A stretch of 64,000 nucleotides of DNA from Octopus sinensis (GCF_006345805.1 NC_043010.1:48794001-48858000); one strand, 5' to 3'. Numbered from the stretch's first letter, positions 49,205 through 63,511 are shown. Numbers and translations: made by a program. Notes: a model not told the origin generated them from the sequence alone.

Positions 49205-50640
49205 CAAGACGGCGAGCTGGTAGAAACATTAGCACGCCGGGCGAAATGCGTAGCCGTATTTCGTCTGCCGCTACGTTCTGAGTTCAAATTCCGCCGAGGT
49301 TGACTTTGCCTTACATCCTTTCGAAGTCGATAAATTAAGTACCAGTTACGCACTGGGGTCGATGTAATCGACTTAATCCGTTTGTCTGTCCTTGTTTGTT
49401 TCCTCTGTGTTTAGTTCCTTGTGGGTAGTAAAGAAATAGGTATTTCATCTGCCGCTACGTTCTGAGTTCAAATTCCTGCGAGGTCGACTTTGCCTTTCAC
49501 CCTTTTGGGGTCGATTAAATAAGTACCAGTTACGCACTGGGGTCGTTATAATCGACTTAATCAGTTTATCTGTCCTTGTTTGTCTCCTCTATGTTTAGCC
49601 GCTTGTGGGCAATAAAGAAATAGGAATCGTTAGCACACCGAGCAAAAATGCTGTATGGCATTTCGTCCGTTTTTATGAGTTCAAATTCCACCAAGGTCAA
49701 CTCTTCTTTTCATTTCTCGGAGGCCGATAAAACAAAGTACCAGTCATGTACTGTTCGGTAGTATCCACTAATCCTCAGCCTTCAAAATTGCTGGCCTTGA
49801 GTATAAATCAAAAACAATTATTCCATATGTGAGAAGTGTGACGAGCTGGCGGAATCGTTAGCACGCCGGACGAAATGCTTAGCGGTATTTCGTCTGCCGT
49901 TACGTTCTGAGTTCAAATTCCTGCGAGGTCGACTTTGCATTTCGGCGTCGATAAATTAAGTACCAGTTACGCACTGGGATCGATGTAATCGACTTAATAC
50001 CTTATCTGTCCTTGTTTGTCTCCTCTATGTTTAGCCGCTTGTGGGCAATAAAGAAATAGGAATCGTTAGCACACCGAGCAAAAATGCTGTATGGCATTTC
50101 GTCCGTTTTTATGAGTTCAAATTCCACCAAGGTCAACTCTTCTTTTCATTTCTCGGAGGCCGATAAAACAAAGTACCAGTCATGTACTTGTTCGGTAGTA
50201 TCCACTAATCCTCAGCCTTCAAAATTGCTGGCCTTGAGTATAAATCAAAAACAATTATTCCATATGTGAGAAGTGTGACGAGCTGGCGGAATCGTTAGCA
50301 CGCCGGACGAAATGCTTAGCGGTATTTCGTCTGCCGTTACGTTCTGAGTTCAAATTCCGCCGAGGTCGACTTTGCCTTTCATCCTTTCGGGGTCGATAAA
50401 TTAAGTACCAGTTACGCACTGGGATCGATGTAATCGACTTAATACCTTTATCTGTCCTTGTTTGTCTCCTCTATGTTTAGCCGCTTGTGGGCAATAAAGA
50501 AATAGGAATCGTTAGCACACCGAGCAAAAATGCTGTATGGCATTTCGTCCGTTTTTATGAGTTCAAATTCCACCGATGTTCACTTTGCTGTTTTTCTTTT
50601 AGAGTCGATGAATTAAGTACCAGCGCCAAAATTTGAAATC
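49205..50640 (+). repeat. Higher-order SINE array: a B dimer then a ~440-bp unit (old SINE + young SINE) repeated
   Basis: ggaatcgttagcacaccgagc at 49623, 50059 and 50505. Confidence 0.88.
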
Positions 50641-51024
50641 ATTATTATGTCTGTGAGATAAAGCGACTAGCTGACAGAATCATTAGAACATCGGACAAAA
50701 GTCCTTTGCAACTTTTTCTATATGTTCTATTTTCAAACCCCACCGATGCTCACATAATCCTCCAACCTTCCGGGACAGATAGAAGAAAGTAGCAGTCAAG
50801 AGCTTAAGCCAGTGGTTTCGACTAAAACCCCTTCTCTTAAAATTGCTATCCTTGTCCCAAACTTATAGCTCATTTCTATTTAAAATAAATCTGAGTTGTT
50901 TTTTTTTCATTTTTAGTGAAGTGTTATAATATCATTTACCTTTTATCGGGTCACCGTCTTGAAGGACTTTTAGTCGAATGGATGGACCCTAGTACTTATT
51001 TTTTGTGTGAAGGCTGGTACTTAC

Positions 51025-51057
<33 letters not shown>

Positions 51058-51339
51058 TGTGTGTGTGGTGTGTGTGTGTGTGTGTACAACGGGCTTTTTT
51101 CAGTTTTCATTTACCAAATCAATTCGCAAAGCTTTGATTGGATCGAGACTATAGTAGAAGACATTTGCTGAAGGTGTTACTCAGTAGGACTGAACCAAGA
51201 ACTATGTGGTCATGAAACAAGCTTTTTACTACACAGCCACATTTCACATTTCTTTCATAATAGATGTACCACCAAATCGAAACAAACTCTGAAATAGTAG
51301 AATCTTTATCGTTTAGCTCAAATCTGTTCGAAGTGATTT

Positions 51340-51960
51340 ATAATCTTAGATAACTTAGATAACTTAGATATGTTTCAACCAAAGATTGGTCCAGGCCATG
51401 TCTAACTTAATAGCACCACCTGATAGGATTATTCGAATCCTGTTTAAGTCAAGTTTTGTTTAAGTCAAGTTTTGTTCAAGTAGTGAGTTCTTGTTGGGTG
51501 AGTTGTATCCAATTATGGGTGGCTTATCTGGTATTCTTTGAAGGAATCTATCCAGACTCCGTTTAAAGTTGATGGGATCCTTTTCCTCTTTGATCTCCCT
51601 CGGGACAATGTTAAATAGGGCAGGGCCTGTCGAGGAAAAGAATTATGTTACAGTGTACCTGTATGTTGTGATCTTGAATTGGGCAGGGGACGTATGGCCC
51701 GTGGTCCCAGTCTTGGATGAACCTTGAAGCTAATGTTAAGGTCGTTTGGGCAAAAACTTTCAAACGCAACTCTCCTTTCTTTTTAGAATTATGTAAAGAA
51801 CTGTAATAGTTAATGTATACTGTGCTTTTTCTATTACGGTTGGTGTGGTTTGAGGAAGATTTGGGTGCTACATCTAACACGACGAGCGAACATGCAGAGG
51901 CTCTGTCGATTTCTCGTCTGCATAGGGTGTCTGGTTGACTTGATTAATAACCAAATATAT
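51340..51960 (-). mobile_element. CR1-type LINE 3' end
   Basis: FFSSTGPALFNIVPREIKEEKDPINFKRSLDRFLQRIPDKPPIIGYNSPNKNSLLE, then a 3' UTR and a (tatctaagt)n tail. Confidence 0.85.
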
Positions 51961-52421
51961 ATCAACACAGGTGTAACTTCTACTGAGAACTGTGAAATTA
52001 CAATATAAATAAAACAAACCATATATATATATGTGTGTGTATCTTCTACTTCTTCTGACGCCGCTAGGCTGGCCAATCTCACCAGCTGCGCACACAACAA
52101 TATTCAACAATATTTTCTTAATATATTACAAAACAATCCAGTAATTTGTTTCTGTAATAGAAAATATTTTCAGTTTGCAAACAAATCTGAGATAAAACTA
52201 AATAAAAGCGAATAGAAACAAAATGATAGTAGTAATATTTTCTAATTAATATTCTTCGTTTATAATTATCTTAATTCTTCTTATTATTATTTGTTCCTTC
52301 TAAGACAGAAAGTGGCGGGAGCTTAAATGTATGTCTGAAATTGTTTACATAAATGTATATATATAAGTGTGTGTGTGTTGTGTGTGTTGAGTGTCTCTGT
52401 ACGAATGAATGTATATATACA

Positions 52422-52497
<76 letters not shown>

Positions 52498-52589
52498 TTT
52501 ATTATATTAAGCAGGAAAAAGTTATATATTTATTTATATTTATTCAAAGCATTAAAACACGTAAATATATGTGTCTATTCAAAATATAA

Positions 52590-52780
52590 TCGCCATCGTT
52601 AGCAATATTTTCCCCACTTCAAAACCCATTTTCTGATTCCTCGGGCAAAAAAAGGTCATATTCCTTGGAAGGCAAACATGTTTGGAGTGTCGTTTCGACA
52701 TCGTCCCTGCTTCTAAATGTTTTCCCACTAGTAAAGTGTTCAAATGACTTGAATGAATAAAAAAAAATCTGGTGGTGTCC
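52590..52780 (-). mobile_element. Mariner transposase C-terminal remnant
   Basis: HHQIFFYSFKSFEHFTSGKTFRSRDDVETTL resembles DYHLFRSLQHFL.GK.F...DDV. Confidence 0.6.
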
Positions 52781-52874
52781 ATACATACATACATACATAC
52801 ATACATACATACATACATACATACATACATACATACATACATACATAATACATACATACATACATACATATACA

Positions 52875-52907
<33 letters not shown>

Positions 52908-53170
52908 GGGTGCAGGACGTCAACAACGGTTCAAACAATATGAAATACGTAAACAAACGAGTTAAATAAGTAAACAACGAGTAAAAATGGAGAACAGGAC
53001 AAGTAAACACGGAGAAAGGACCCTTCGTCAGTTGTCGGCTGTACATCTACTCCTCATTTCGAGCATTCAACGACAATATGAGTTTTCAAAGACAGTTACT
53101 CCCATAAATTCTAAAACAGAATTTACGATTTATGGAGAGTCAAAATGGGAACAAAAACATATATATGTAT

Positions 53171-53202
<32 letters not shown>

Positions 53203-53241
53203 ATATATTATATATATATATATATATATATACATATTACC

Positions 53242-53468
53242 TATTTCTTTACTACCACAAGGAACTAAACACAGAGGGAGAAAACAAGACATACAAACGG
53301 ATTAAGTCGATTACATCGACCCCAGTGCATAACTGGTACTTAATTTATCGACCTCGAAAGGATGAAAGACAAAGTCGACATCGGCGGAATTTGAACTCAG
53401 AACGTAACGGCAGACGAAATACCGCTAAGCATTTCGCCCGGCGTGCTAACGTTTCTGCCAGCTCGCCA
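53242..53468 (-). mobile_element. SINE family B monomer
   Basis: Full body; 6-bp TSD ggtaat (element sense). Confidence 0.88.
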
Positions 53469-53818
53469 TTACCGCGGTTTCCCTACTTGCCCTCCTGTTA
53501 CCATTTCCTCTGCAGATGCTAATAACCCATGTGCTGCTATCATCATAACAAGCGCCGCAATATGTCACCAAGATTGAATGTACGATCGTGTACTTGTGAC
53601 TGCTTGTCTTCTTTTACGTATTAAATTCATTAATTATTCTTGACGAAAAGTAACAAGTGGATGAGACGAAAGTGAAACCAAGTTTATATACATATACATA
53701 TATATGCACACGCGCGCATATATATATACACACATATGCACACACATGCACACACATACATATATACAATCTATGCATATACATATATATATATATGCAT
53801 ATATATATAACATATGTA

Positions 53819-53946
<128 letters not shown>

Positions 53947-54508
53947 TATATATATATTCAAAAGAGGCATTAATGCTGGCAACTATTTTTATGACAAAGA
54001 GAGCAGCTTTAAAGCGAACAGTGTTTCGTCTCCTCTGTGCATAGTACTAAAGCAAACTATCTTTTAGTACTGCATAGTTCGTGGATTTGTTTAATTACAC
54101 GCCTCTGTCTGTCTGTCTGTCTGTCTGTCTGTGATCTCTCTCTCTGTCTCTCTCTCTCTCTCTCCCACACTCTCCCTCACTCTCCCTCTCTCTTTCTCTT
54201 CTTTTCTTTGATCTATATAGTTTCTTTATTGTTGTTTTCTTTTAATATTTTTATGTTGTTATTGTAGGTGATAATGTCTTTCAACGGCGGTTGCGATGGT
54301 GATAGGGATATATCTAATCTGGCCTCAATTATCTGTTTAAAACCATATGGAGCATGTGCCGCAATTGAGAAAGACATGAACATCACAACTTCGCATTTCC
54401 TTTCACAATAATTACCAAGTTTCGCATTTTTGTCTATTTCTTTCTTTTTTCTTTTTGCTGGTTTTTAAAACTATTTTGTTCTTTTTTATCATTTTAATGA
54501 GGAAGATA

Positions 54509-55111
54509 GGCGCAGGAGTGGCTGTGTGGTAAGAATCTTGCTTCCCAACCACATGGTTCTGTGTTCAGTCCACCTTTGGCAAGTGTCTTCTACTATAGCC
54601 TTAGGCCGACCAAAGCCTTGTGAGTGGATTTGGTAGACGGAAAATGAAAGAAGCCCATCCTATATATACATATATATGTATATATTTATATGTGTGTATG
54701 TGTGTGTGTGTGTTTCTCCTTCCGCCATCCATCGCTTGACAACCGATGCTGGTCTGTTTATGTCTCCGTAACTTAACGGTTCGGTCAAAAAGACCGAAAG
54801 AATAAGTACTAGGTTTAAAAAGAATAGGTCCTGGGATCTATTTCTTCGACTAAAACCCCTTAAGGCGGTGCTCCAGCATGGCCGTGGTCAAATGACTGAA
54901 ACAAGTAAAAGAATAAAAGAATAAAAGAAAAGATATTTAGGTGCAGGAGTCGTTGTGTGGTAAGCAGCTTGCTTACCAACCACATGGTCATGGGTTCAGT
55001 CCCACTGCGTGGCACCTTGGGCAAGTGTCTTCTACTATAGCCTCGTACCGACCAAAGCCTTGTGAGTGGATTTGGTAGACGGAAGAAATCCCGTTGTATA
55101 TGTATGTGTGT

Positions 55112-55180
<69 letters not shown>

Positions 55181-55370
55181 TCCCTCCAGCATCGCTTGAC
55201 AACCGATGCTGGTGTGTTTACGTCCCCATAACTTAGTGGTTCGGCAAAAGAGACCGATAGAATAAGTACTAGGCTTACAAAGAATAAGGGTCGATTTGTT
55301 CGACTAAAGGCGGTGCTCCTGCATGGCCGCAGTCAGATGACTGAAAGAAGTAAAAGAATAAAAAAAGAAT
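54509..55370 (+). mobile_element. Two SINE family A copies in tandem
   Basis: Heads at about 54509 and 54940, each with its own microsatellite and tail. Confidence 0.88.
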
Positions 55371-56061
55371 GTGTAGTAAGATTAGGATTTTGCTGAACGG
55401 ACATTAGTGGTATCAGTGATTATGTAACATTTTAGCCAGTACGTAGGATTTAGCCGCTTTGTACGGTGACAGATTAGCGTCCAGTTTTTTTAAATGCAAC
55501 GTGTCTTCGACTACAGCAAACACACGCACATAAAATGGCCACCCTAAGCAGTCCGGTCACCTCGCAAACCTCACGTCATTCCACTACCGGACATGTTGTA
55601 TTTCTTCTACTGTCCTTCCTCTTCCGATATATCTACCGTTATTATTGTTGTTGATGTTGCTGATAATGAGTCTGCAGGCTAAGCTTGGCCAGTAGACCTC
55701 TGATCCAAGATACGCTACCCATGACCATCCCGTCTTTTGCCTATATGTAGGGGAAAACCAGTAGCATATTATCCAACGTGATCAATTCTAAGACTATAGA
55801 AGCGATATGAGGGAATTTGGCTTCTATTACCAACAAACTCAATGACCACATAAAGACTGCCTCGTTGGCTTGGCCGAGATATTTGTAAGCTCTGTTTCTT
55901 ATTACATAAGAAAGAGAAAAAAAAAGACGGATACAGCCTAAGCGTGACAAGTACTGTTTAGCACTTATTTCACGTGATGCACATCACATCATCTTGATGT
56001 TACCGCTATATTTGTAAGGAGAAGAGCGGTACACTGCATTACAATACTCTAACTCCTAAAG

Positions 56062-56329
56062 GCGGCGAGCTGGCAGAAACGTTAGCACGCCGGGTGAAAT
56101 GCTTAGCGGTATTTCGTCTGCCCCTTGTGGGTAGTAAAGAAATAGGTATTTCGTCTGTCTTTACGTTCTGAGTTCAAATTCCGCCGAGGTCGACGTTGCC
56201 TTTCATCGTTTCGGGGTCGATTAAATAAGTACCAGTTACGCACTGGGGTCAATCTAATCGACTTAATCCGTTAGTCTGTCCTTCTTCGTCCCCTCTGTGT
56301 TTAGCCCCTTGTGAGTACTAAAGAAATAG
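56062..56329 (+). mobile_element. SINE family B containing a 24-nt 3'-end insertion of its own family
   Basis: ggtatttcgtctg at 56108-56120 and 56145-56157 flanks ccccttgtgggtagtaaagaaata. Confidence 0.88.
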
Positions 56330-57019
56330 CTATATTTGTAAGGAGCTCAATGACCACGTGAATACACGCTCGTTACCTTGGCCGAAATGTTTGTAGGCTG
56401 CGCTTGTTATTACATCAGAGGGAATGAGGAAATTTGGATTCAGTCAGAGCGTGACAGCCACAGTTTAGCTTTTTATCTCACATGATGCTCATTCCAACAT
56501 CTTGATGTTAACGAATTATTTGTATGTTTGTATTATTTTCATGTTTGAAAATATTATATTGTTATATTATATATTGTATTATTGTATTATATATTTTATC
56601 ATTTTCATGTTTGCATGGATTGAGTTGGAGAAATTGTATTCTTCTGATGATGTTTCAGTAATTTTTCTGGGTTGTTGTTTGTGGGTATAGGTATTTGGAT
56701 GTGATGAAACATATTTTAAGGGCTGAAGGGAGTTGTTGCATGCTCTGATGGTCTTTAATGTCGAGGTTTTTCATTTGTTTTGTTGTGTATATTAATTTAA
56801 GGCTGAGGTGTATATTCGCGTATTAAGCCGTATTTGCAACCAAATAGAAATATGAAATGCGTGATATATAATCTGATGCCGTTTGGGATAACGAAGCTGA
56901 ATGATACGCTATCGTATGATTTTTTTCTTTTTTATTCATTGAAATGGAATTGGGCAATATTGATAGGCAGACAGGCAGACAAACAGATTGGCAGAGAGAG
57001 GCAGACACATAGACAGATG

Positions 57020-57102
<83 letters not shown>

Positions 57103-57152
57103 GGATCGATGGATCGATGGATGGATAGATAGATAGATAGATAGATAGATAG

Positions 57153-57209
<57 letters not shown>

Positions 57210-57349
57210 TGATTGATTGATTCATAGAAAGAGACAGACAGACAGACAGATAGAAAGAGAGATAGATAGGTTGGTAGGTAGGTAGATGGACATACAGACT
57301 GACAAATATAGACATGAATATATACGGAGGTACAAAAAAAAACTTACAG

Positions 57350-58094
57350 CAGGAGTTCTCAACCATTTTTTATCTATGGATCCCTTTGATTGCTATTTTA
57401 TTCTGGTGAACCCTCGTAAACATTCGATGTTTAAAAACTAGTTTTATAGAATGTTATTTATTAACTTTTTCACATATGAACTAGGCGCAGGAGTGGCTGT
57501 GTGGTAAGTAGCTTGCTTACCAACCACATGGTTCTGAGTTCAGTCCCACTGCGTGGCACCTTGGGCATGTGTCTTCTACTATAGCCTCGGGCCGACCAAA
57601 GCCTTGTGAATGTATTTGGTAGACGGAAACTGAAAGAAGCCCGTCGTATATATGTATATGTATATAAATATGTGTGTGTATTTGTGTGTCTGTGTTTGTC
57701 CCCCCAACATCGCTTGACAACCGATGCTGGTGTGTTTACGTCCCCGTAACTTAGCGGTTCGGCAAAGAGACCGATAGAATAAGTAGTAAGCTTACAAAGA
57801 ATAAATCCTGGGGTCGATTTGCTCGACTAAAGGCGGTGCTCCAGCATGGCCACAGTCAAATGACTGAAACAAGTGAAAGAGAGTAAACGAGAGTAGGTTG
57901 AACTACGTAAAATGTTAGAGAAAGGAACCTAGCTGTTTCTTGCAATACATACCAAAACCTGTCTAAAGCAAAATTTTTCCAGGGGCCTTTAAGATACTCT
58001 TGTGGAACCCCGGTTTAATATTTTGTTGTGTGTCCCCACCAAAGATCTGATGTGGACCTTCATGGGCCATATGGATCCCGGTTGAGAACCACTG
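57350..58094. mobile_element. hAT MITE interrupted by a SINE-A copy (57484-57895)
   Basis: TIRs caggagttctcaacc / ggttgagaaccactg; TSD acttacag/tcttacag. Confidence 0.85.
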
Positions 58095-58166
58095 TCTTAC
58101 AGACTCGGTTCCGAGAGACTACATATGATACTAAGGACAACTGTAAACGGAGGGATGAAAAGTTTA

Positions 58167-58386
58167 AATGGTTGTATACTGTCAATCTAACGTGAACGTG
58201 ACAGTAGGGGATTACACCACCGCTGTTTAGCCCTAGAAAACATCGACGCTTCCTGATGGCTTCGACACAGGAAAAAAAATGTGTCGAAGCCATCAGGAAG
58301 CGTCGATGCTTCCTAGGGCTAAATAAACAGCGGTGGTGTAATCCCCTACTGTCACGTTCACGTTAGATTGACAGTATACAACCATT
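58167..58386. repeat. 220-bp hairpin (~105-bp arms, 10-nt loop)
   Basis: aatggttgtatactgtc..cttcgacaca-ggaaaaaaaa-tgtgtcgaag..gacagtatacaaccatt. Confidence 0.92.
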
Positions 58387-58521
58387 CTATCGCCCCACCA
58401 CCGCACATATCACTATGAGATATTTAGAAATTTGATATTTCTGAAAAGATTAATTTTTTCAGAAATTGGAGATCACTTTCTCAAAATAGATGTGATCTCG
58501 AAAAATATTTTTAAAATAATA

Positions 58522-58916
58522 CTAGCAGTATCGCCCGACGTTGCTCGGGTTTGTAAGGGAAATAACTATAAAGCATTTTTAGAGAGTTATAGCAAAAAAA
58601 CAGCAAAAAATGCATTAAAAATGGAAAAAAAATCATGGTAAATTTTTTTTTAAATCGTTGACTCATCGTAGACATTTTTAGAGAGTTACTTCCCTTTATT
58701 TAAAAATATGCTTTAAAATGGAAAAAAATTATGGTAAATTATTTTTAAAATCGTAGACTCATCGTAGACGCGCGCTAATACCCAGAAGGACTCGATATGA
58801 ATCACAACTATAAGATACCCGGTTTTGGTTAAACTGTACCGCAAAATGTGGGAGTAGTTAGGAATCTAAATCGTAGGAGACAGACACTCACACAACTTCA
58901 CTTTTATATATATAGA
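58522..58916 (-). mobile_element. Non-autonomous Helitron (same family as 28415)
   Basis: A|TC start, cccgagcaacgtcggg hairpin, CTAG|T end; internal tandem duplication. Confidence 0.85.
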
Positions 58917-59069
58917 TATCCAGTAATAATTTATTTGACTGAATTTGTTATAATGAATTCAGCAACTTAAACAGGACTGACAATAAATGATAGATGTAAC
59001 AGTTTGTTTATTGGTGTTATAATCTCTGTACGTTGGCCAAATGGGGTATCTTTTATCTTTTGCTGTCAT

Positions 59070-59362
59070 TAGACAGCAGCCATACTGGGGCACCGTCTTA
59101 AAGAATTTTTAGTCGAATGAATTGATCCCAGTATTTATTATTGTTTTTGTTTTTTTTTAAGCCGAGAGTTACTTATTCTATCGTCCTCTTTGGCCGAACC
59201 GCTAAGTTATGAGGACGTAAATACACAAACACCGGTTATCAAGCAGTGGTGGGGGACAAACACAGACACGCACACGCACACACACGCGCACTCCAGCACA
59301 CATAAATACGCACATATATAATGATATATATGTATGTATATATGAATGATATATTATGTATG

Positions 59363-59398
<36 letters not shown>

Positions 59399-59590
59399 TA
59401 ATTATATATGCATGTGTATATATATATATATGACGTGTTTCTTTCGGTTTTCGTCAGCCAAATTCACTCACAAGACTTTGGTCGGGCCGAGGCTTTTGTT
59501 GAAGACACTTGCCCAAGCTGCTATACAGTGGACTGAAATCGGGACCAAGTGGCTGGAAAGCAAGCTTCTTACCACACAATTACGCCTATG
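59070..59590 (-). mobile_element. SINE family A (diverged)
   Basis: Both halves around a (TA)/(CA) tract. Confidence 0.75.
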
Positions 59591-59693
59591 TTCTTAGAAT
59601 GTTTTTCTTTTTCTTTCTTAAGCGGTCTTCATTTTCCTGACTTTGTCCTATCGATTTTCCTTTCTCTCTCTCTCTCTCTCTTTCCCCTTCCGT

Positions 59694-59734
<41 letters not shown>

Positions 59735-60239
59735 GTGTGTGTGTGTGTGTGTATCTCTGTGTGAGTAGAATAGTTATACTGTTAGTGATTAGAGTGGTTA
59801 CATCTGATGTTCTTCAATGACACTAGCAAAGAAAAAATAAACTAGAGACTTTCGTACACTGGTACATATAGTTTGTTTTTATTGATCGACTCTATAGAGA
59901 ATCACACTCATGGTACGACTGTCTGGTGAACGGCGAGAAGAGGACACTTTGATGATATTCAACGTAGAAAACTGTTGCCGTTGCTTAACATAAGGTCATA
60001 CTTGATAGAGTAAACGTGATGAAAACGAACATTGATCAAAGCCATTTCAGCCGTGACTATAGAAAGGACTCAATACCTTTGACGCAACACATGTGGCCTT
60101 TGTACAGGAAATTTAATCATGTTTCAGGGCGAATTGTTATTTACGTGCGACATATACACCTTCCTATATCTTAAGTACCGTACCACGATTATATATAAAT
60201 GAGTGTGTGTGTGAATGTACAAATATATACATATATGTG

Positions 60240-60284
<45 letters not shown>

Positions 60285-60469
60285 GCAGGAGTGGCTGTGT
60301 GGTAAGTAGCTTGCTTACCAACCACATGGTTCCTTGTTCAGTCCCACTGCGTGGCACCTTGGGCAAGTATCTTCTACTATAGCCTCGGGCCAACCAAAGC
60401 TTAATCTCGTGCCAACGAGATTAAACAAAAAAACATAACAACAAAACTAATACTATCCATAATATTATT

Positions 60470-60680
60470 TTCTACTCTAGGCACAAGGCCCAAAAATTTG
60501 GGGGAGAGGCCAGTCGATTAGATCGACCCCCAGTACGCAAATGGTACTTAATTTATCGACCCCGAAAGGATCAAAAGCAAAGTCGACCTCGGCGGAATTT
60601 GAACTCAGAACGTAAAGACAGATGAAATGCTGCTAAACGTTTCGGCCGGATTGCTAACGTTTCTGCCAGCTCACCTCCTT
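60470..60680 (-). mobile_element. Nin-core SINE (gggccttgtgcctagagtag tail)
   Basis: Head, core and tail; probable TSD ataatatta. Confidence 0.8.
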
Positions 60681-60859
60681 AAACTCTCTATAATATTACA
60701 ATAGAAAAAAACTCTCCTTTGCGACTACGATATGGTTCTCTGTAGTTTGAGATTTCGGTAACCAAAATTGACGAGGAACAATCCCGCTCAAGCACACTCT
60801 TTTGACTTCATGTATCAGCACAATGTTTAACTTGAAGGCAACAATCCACGATCTTTTAC

Positions 60860-61240
60860 TCGTTCATTGGTCTTTCACTGAATCGTCAGCTTATTTGAGA
60901 GTAACTCATTCCTTGGAAGGTAACATCCTACTAATTCCCAACCAACATAGTTTCTGAAATGGCAAGTACAGCATAACACAGCTCTTGCGTCACTTTGATG
61001 ACGTTCTAAAGAGAGCAGGACCATCTTAACTGGTCCTGCTCTCTTTAACGTCCTACCAAGACACATAGGAGAAGAAAAATGCCTCATAGTGTTGAAACGG
61101 GTTCTGGAGGGAGATCTCATACGCCCGGATATATCTCTGCAAGCAACAACTATTTACCTGAATAAACTATGGTGCCCCCAAAATGATTATAATATGTCTT
61201 TTCCAGGTGGCCTGGACCATTTCTAAGCAAAACTTAACTA
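60860..61240 (+). mobile_element. CR1-type LINE with a large internal deletion
   Basis: LIPNQHSF*NGKYSITQLLRHFDDVLK (RT) joined directly to TGPALFNVLPRHIGEEK (C-terminus) and a ggcctggacc tail. Confidence 0.75.
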
Positions 61241-61276
61241 AGTATCACGTATACATATATATACAGACAGACAAAG

Positions 61277-61311
<35 letters not shown>

Positions 61312-61334
61312 CACATACATACATACATACATAC

Positions 61335-61366
<32 letters not shown>

Positions 61367-61443
61367 GATGCAAAAAGTGATTATGTATACAAGTATATAC
61401 ACACACAGACACACATACATATGTATGTATGTAAGTATGTATG

Positions 61444-61502
<59 letters not shown>

Positions 61503-62797
61503 GTATGTATGTATGTATGTATGTATGTATGTATGTATGTATGTATGTATGTATGTATTATGTATGTATGTGAATGAAACTTTAGAGAAAGACAATATCG
61601 ATATAAATATTCATGCATGTATATGAAAATATATTTATGTAAATGTATGTGTGTATATATACATACACACACACACACACATATATATGCATATATACAC
61701 ATATGTGTGTGTGTTTGTGTGTATGTGTGTGTGTGTGTGTATGTGTGTGTGTGTGTGTGTGTGGTGTGTGTGTGTGTGCGTGTGTGTGTATGTTTGACAG
61801 TAATTATGCGTGAAAAAACCAGGCGTTTCAAATAACGAATCGCGCATAATCAAGCGACGACACACATATACATACAAAACAACGTCACGTTACGCCGTTG
61901 AAGATATTTGATAAATTCTGAATTATTCTCTATATACGATGACAATACTTTTCTTAATACGACACAATTACATTAATTCGATGACGTCTAGTCGTTAGGG
62001 TGCCATAGTCTTGTAGGAAAGTGATATTATTTTTCACCGCTTGTTTAATTTTCAATATCTGATTACGCATATTTATATATGCACAACAATATATGCCCAT
62101 ATACATATACATATATATACATACGTACACATACACACACACTTCCTTGTGTAGCATGTCCTGTACCTTGTTATTCTGTTGTAAATAATGTTTTTCCCGT
62201 TTTCGTTCTCGTCCTGTTCCGTTTTCGTTTCTGTTGAGTTTTACGTCTTTTTGTGGTGTCCTGTACGTATATATATTTATATATGCATGTATATGCACAT
62301 GTAGATGTCGGTACGTACATATATGTTTGTATGTATGCATATATTTTATTTATTACACTATTGTCTGACAGCGCTTCGCGTCGAGTTCGTTCGAATTTTC
62401 GCTTCGTTCCGTTTCTTATCCTCCCAATATTGTTTTATAATATAATTATGACGCGAAATTCTCTCCCTTTGCTTTACCTTCCCCTCTCTCTCTCTCCCTT
62501 CCTCATCCTTCTCTCAGCCGCGTGTCTTTCCTCTATCTATCTATCTCTCTCTCTCACTCCTCCTCACTTTCGTCACTGCTAATCCTTTTGCACGTTGCTT
62601 TCAGGACGTAAGGTCATGTTTCCATGCGCTCGCCAGTACCTCTTCCGTCCCAGCCAGAACAAAGGTCTTTCGTTTGTTTTCTTGTTTATTTTGATTTCTC
62701 GTATTGTATTTTATTTCTCGTTTTGTATTTTCTTGTACATGTATTTTTATCTTGTATTTTATTGTGCAGTTCTATTGTTACGTCCCGTTTGTGTTTC

Positions 62798-62833
<36 letters not shown>

Positions 62834-63119
62834 ACTTTATGTATATATATATATATAATATATATATATATATATAACATATATATACATATATACGACG
62901 GGCTTCTTTCAGTTTCCGTCTACCAAATCCACTCACAAGGCTTTGGACTACTCAATATTTCAGTAGAGGCTTCTTTTGTACCCCTGATAACTTTAGGTAA
63001 GTGGTTGAATTGTTGAAGACCTGTATCAGACTGGTACAATAGAGTGGTTTTTATTCGCGATTTCAAGGGTGGTATATTTGGAAGCTGACAGTAGATACAC
63101 AACAAACACATTTGTGTGT

Positions 63120-63279
63120 GTGGTTGTGTGCTAAGAAGCTTATTTCCCAACCACATGGTTCTGGGAACAGTCGCCTTGCGTGGTGCCTTGAGCAAGTGTC
63201 TTCTACGATAGCCTCGGGTCCGCCAAAGCCTTGTGAATGGATTGGGTAGACGGAAACTAAAAGAAGCCCTTTGTGTGTG

Positions 63280-63332
<53 letters not shown>

Positions 63333-63511
63333 CGTTGGCGATTTTTTCCCTCTGTCTTCCCTTCTCCTATGTTTCCGACGAAGAGCTCCGCTCGAAACGT
63401 TAAATCCTCCTTCTTTCCTTCTTTCCTGTGCGTCCAATAATACTATATTTGTTCCACGTCCTCGCATTGTCGTGTTTTTTTTTGTGCTTTCTTGTTTGGA
63501 TTAACTATATA

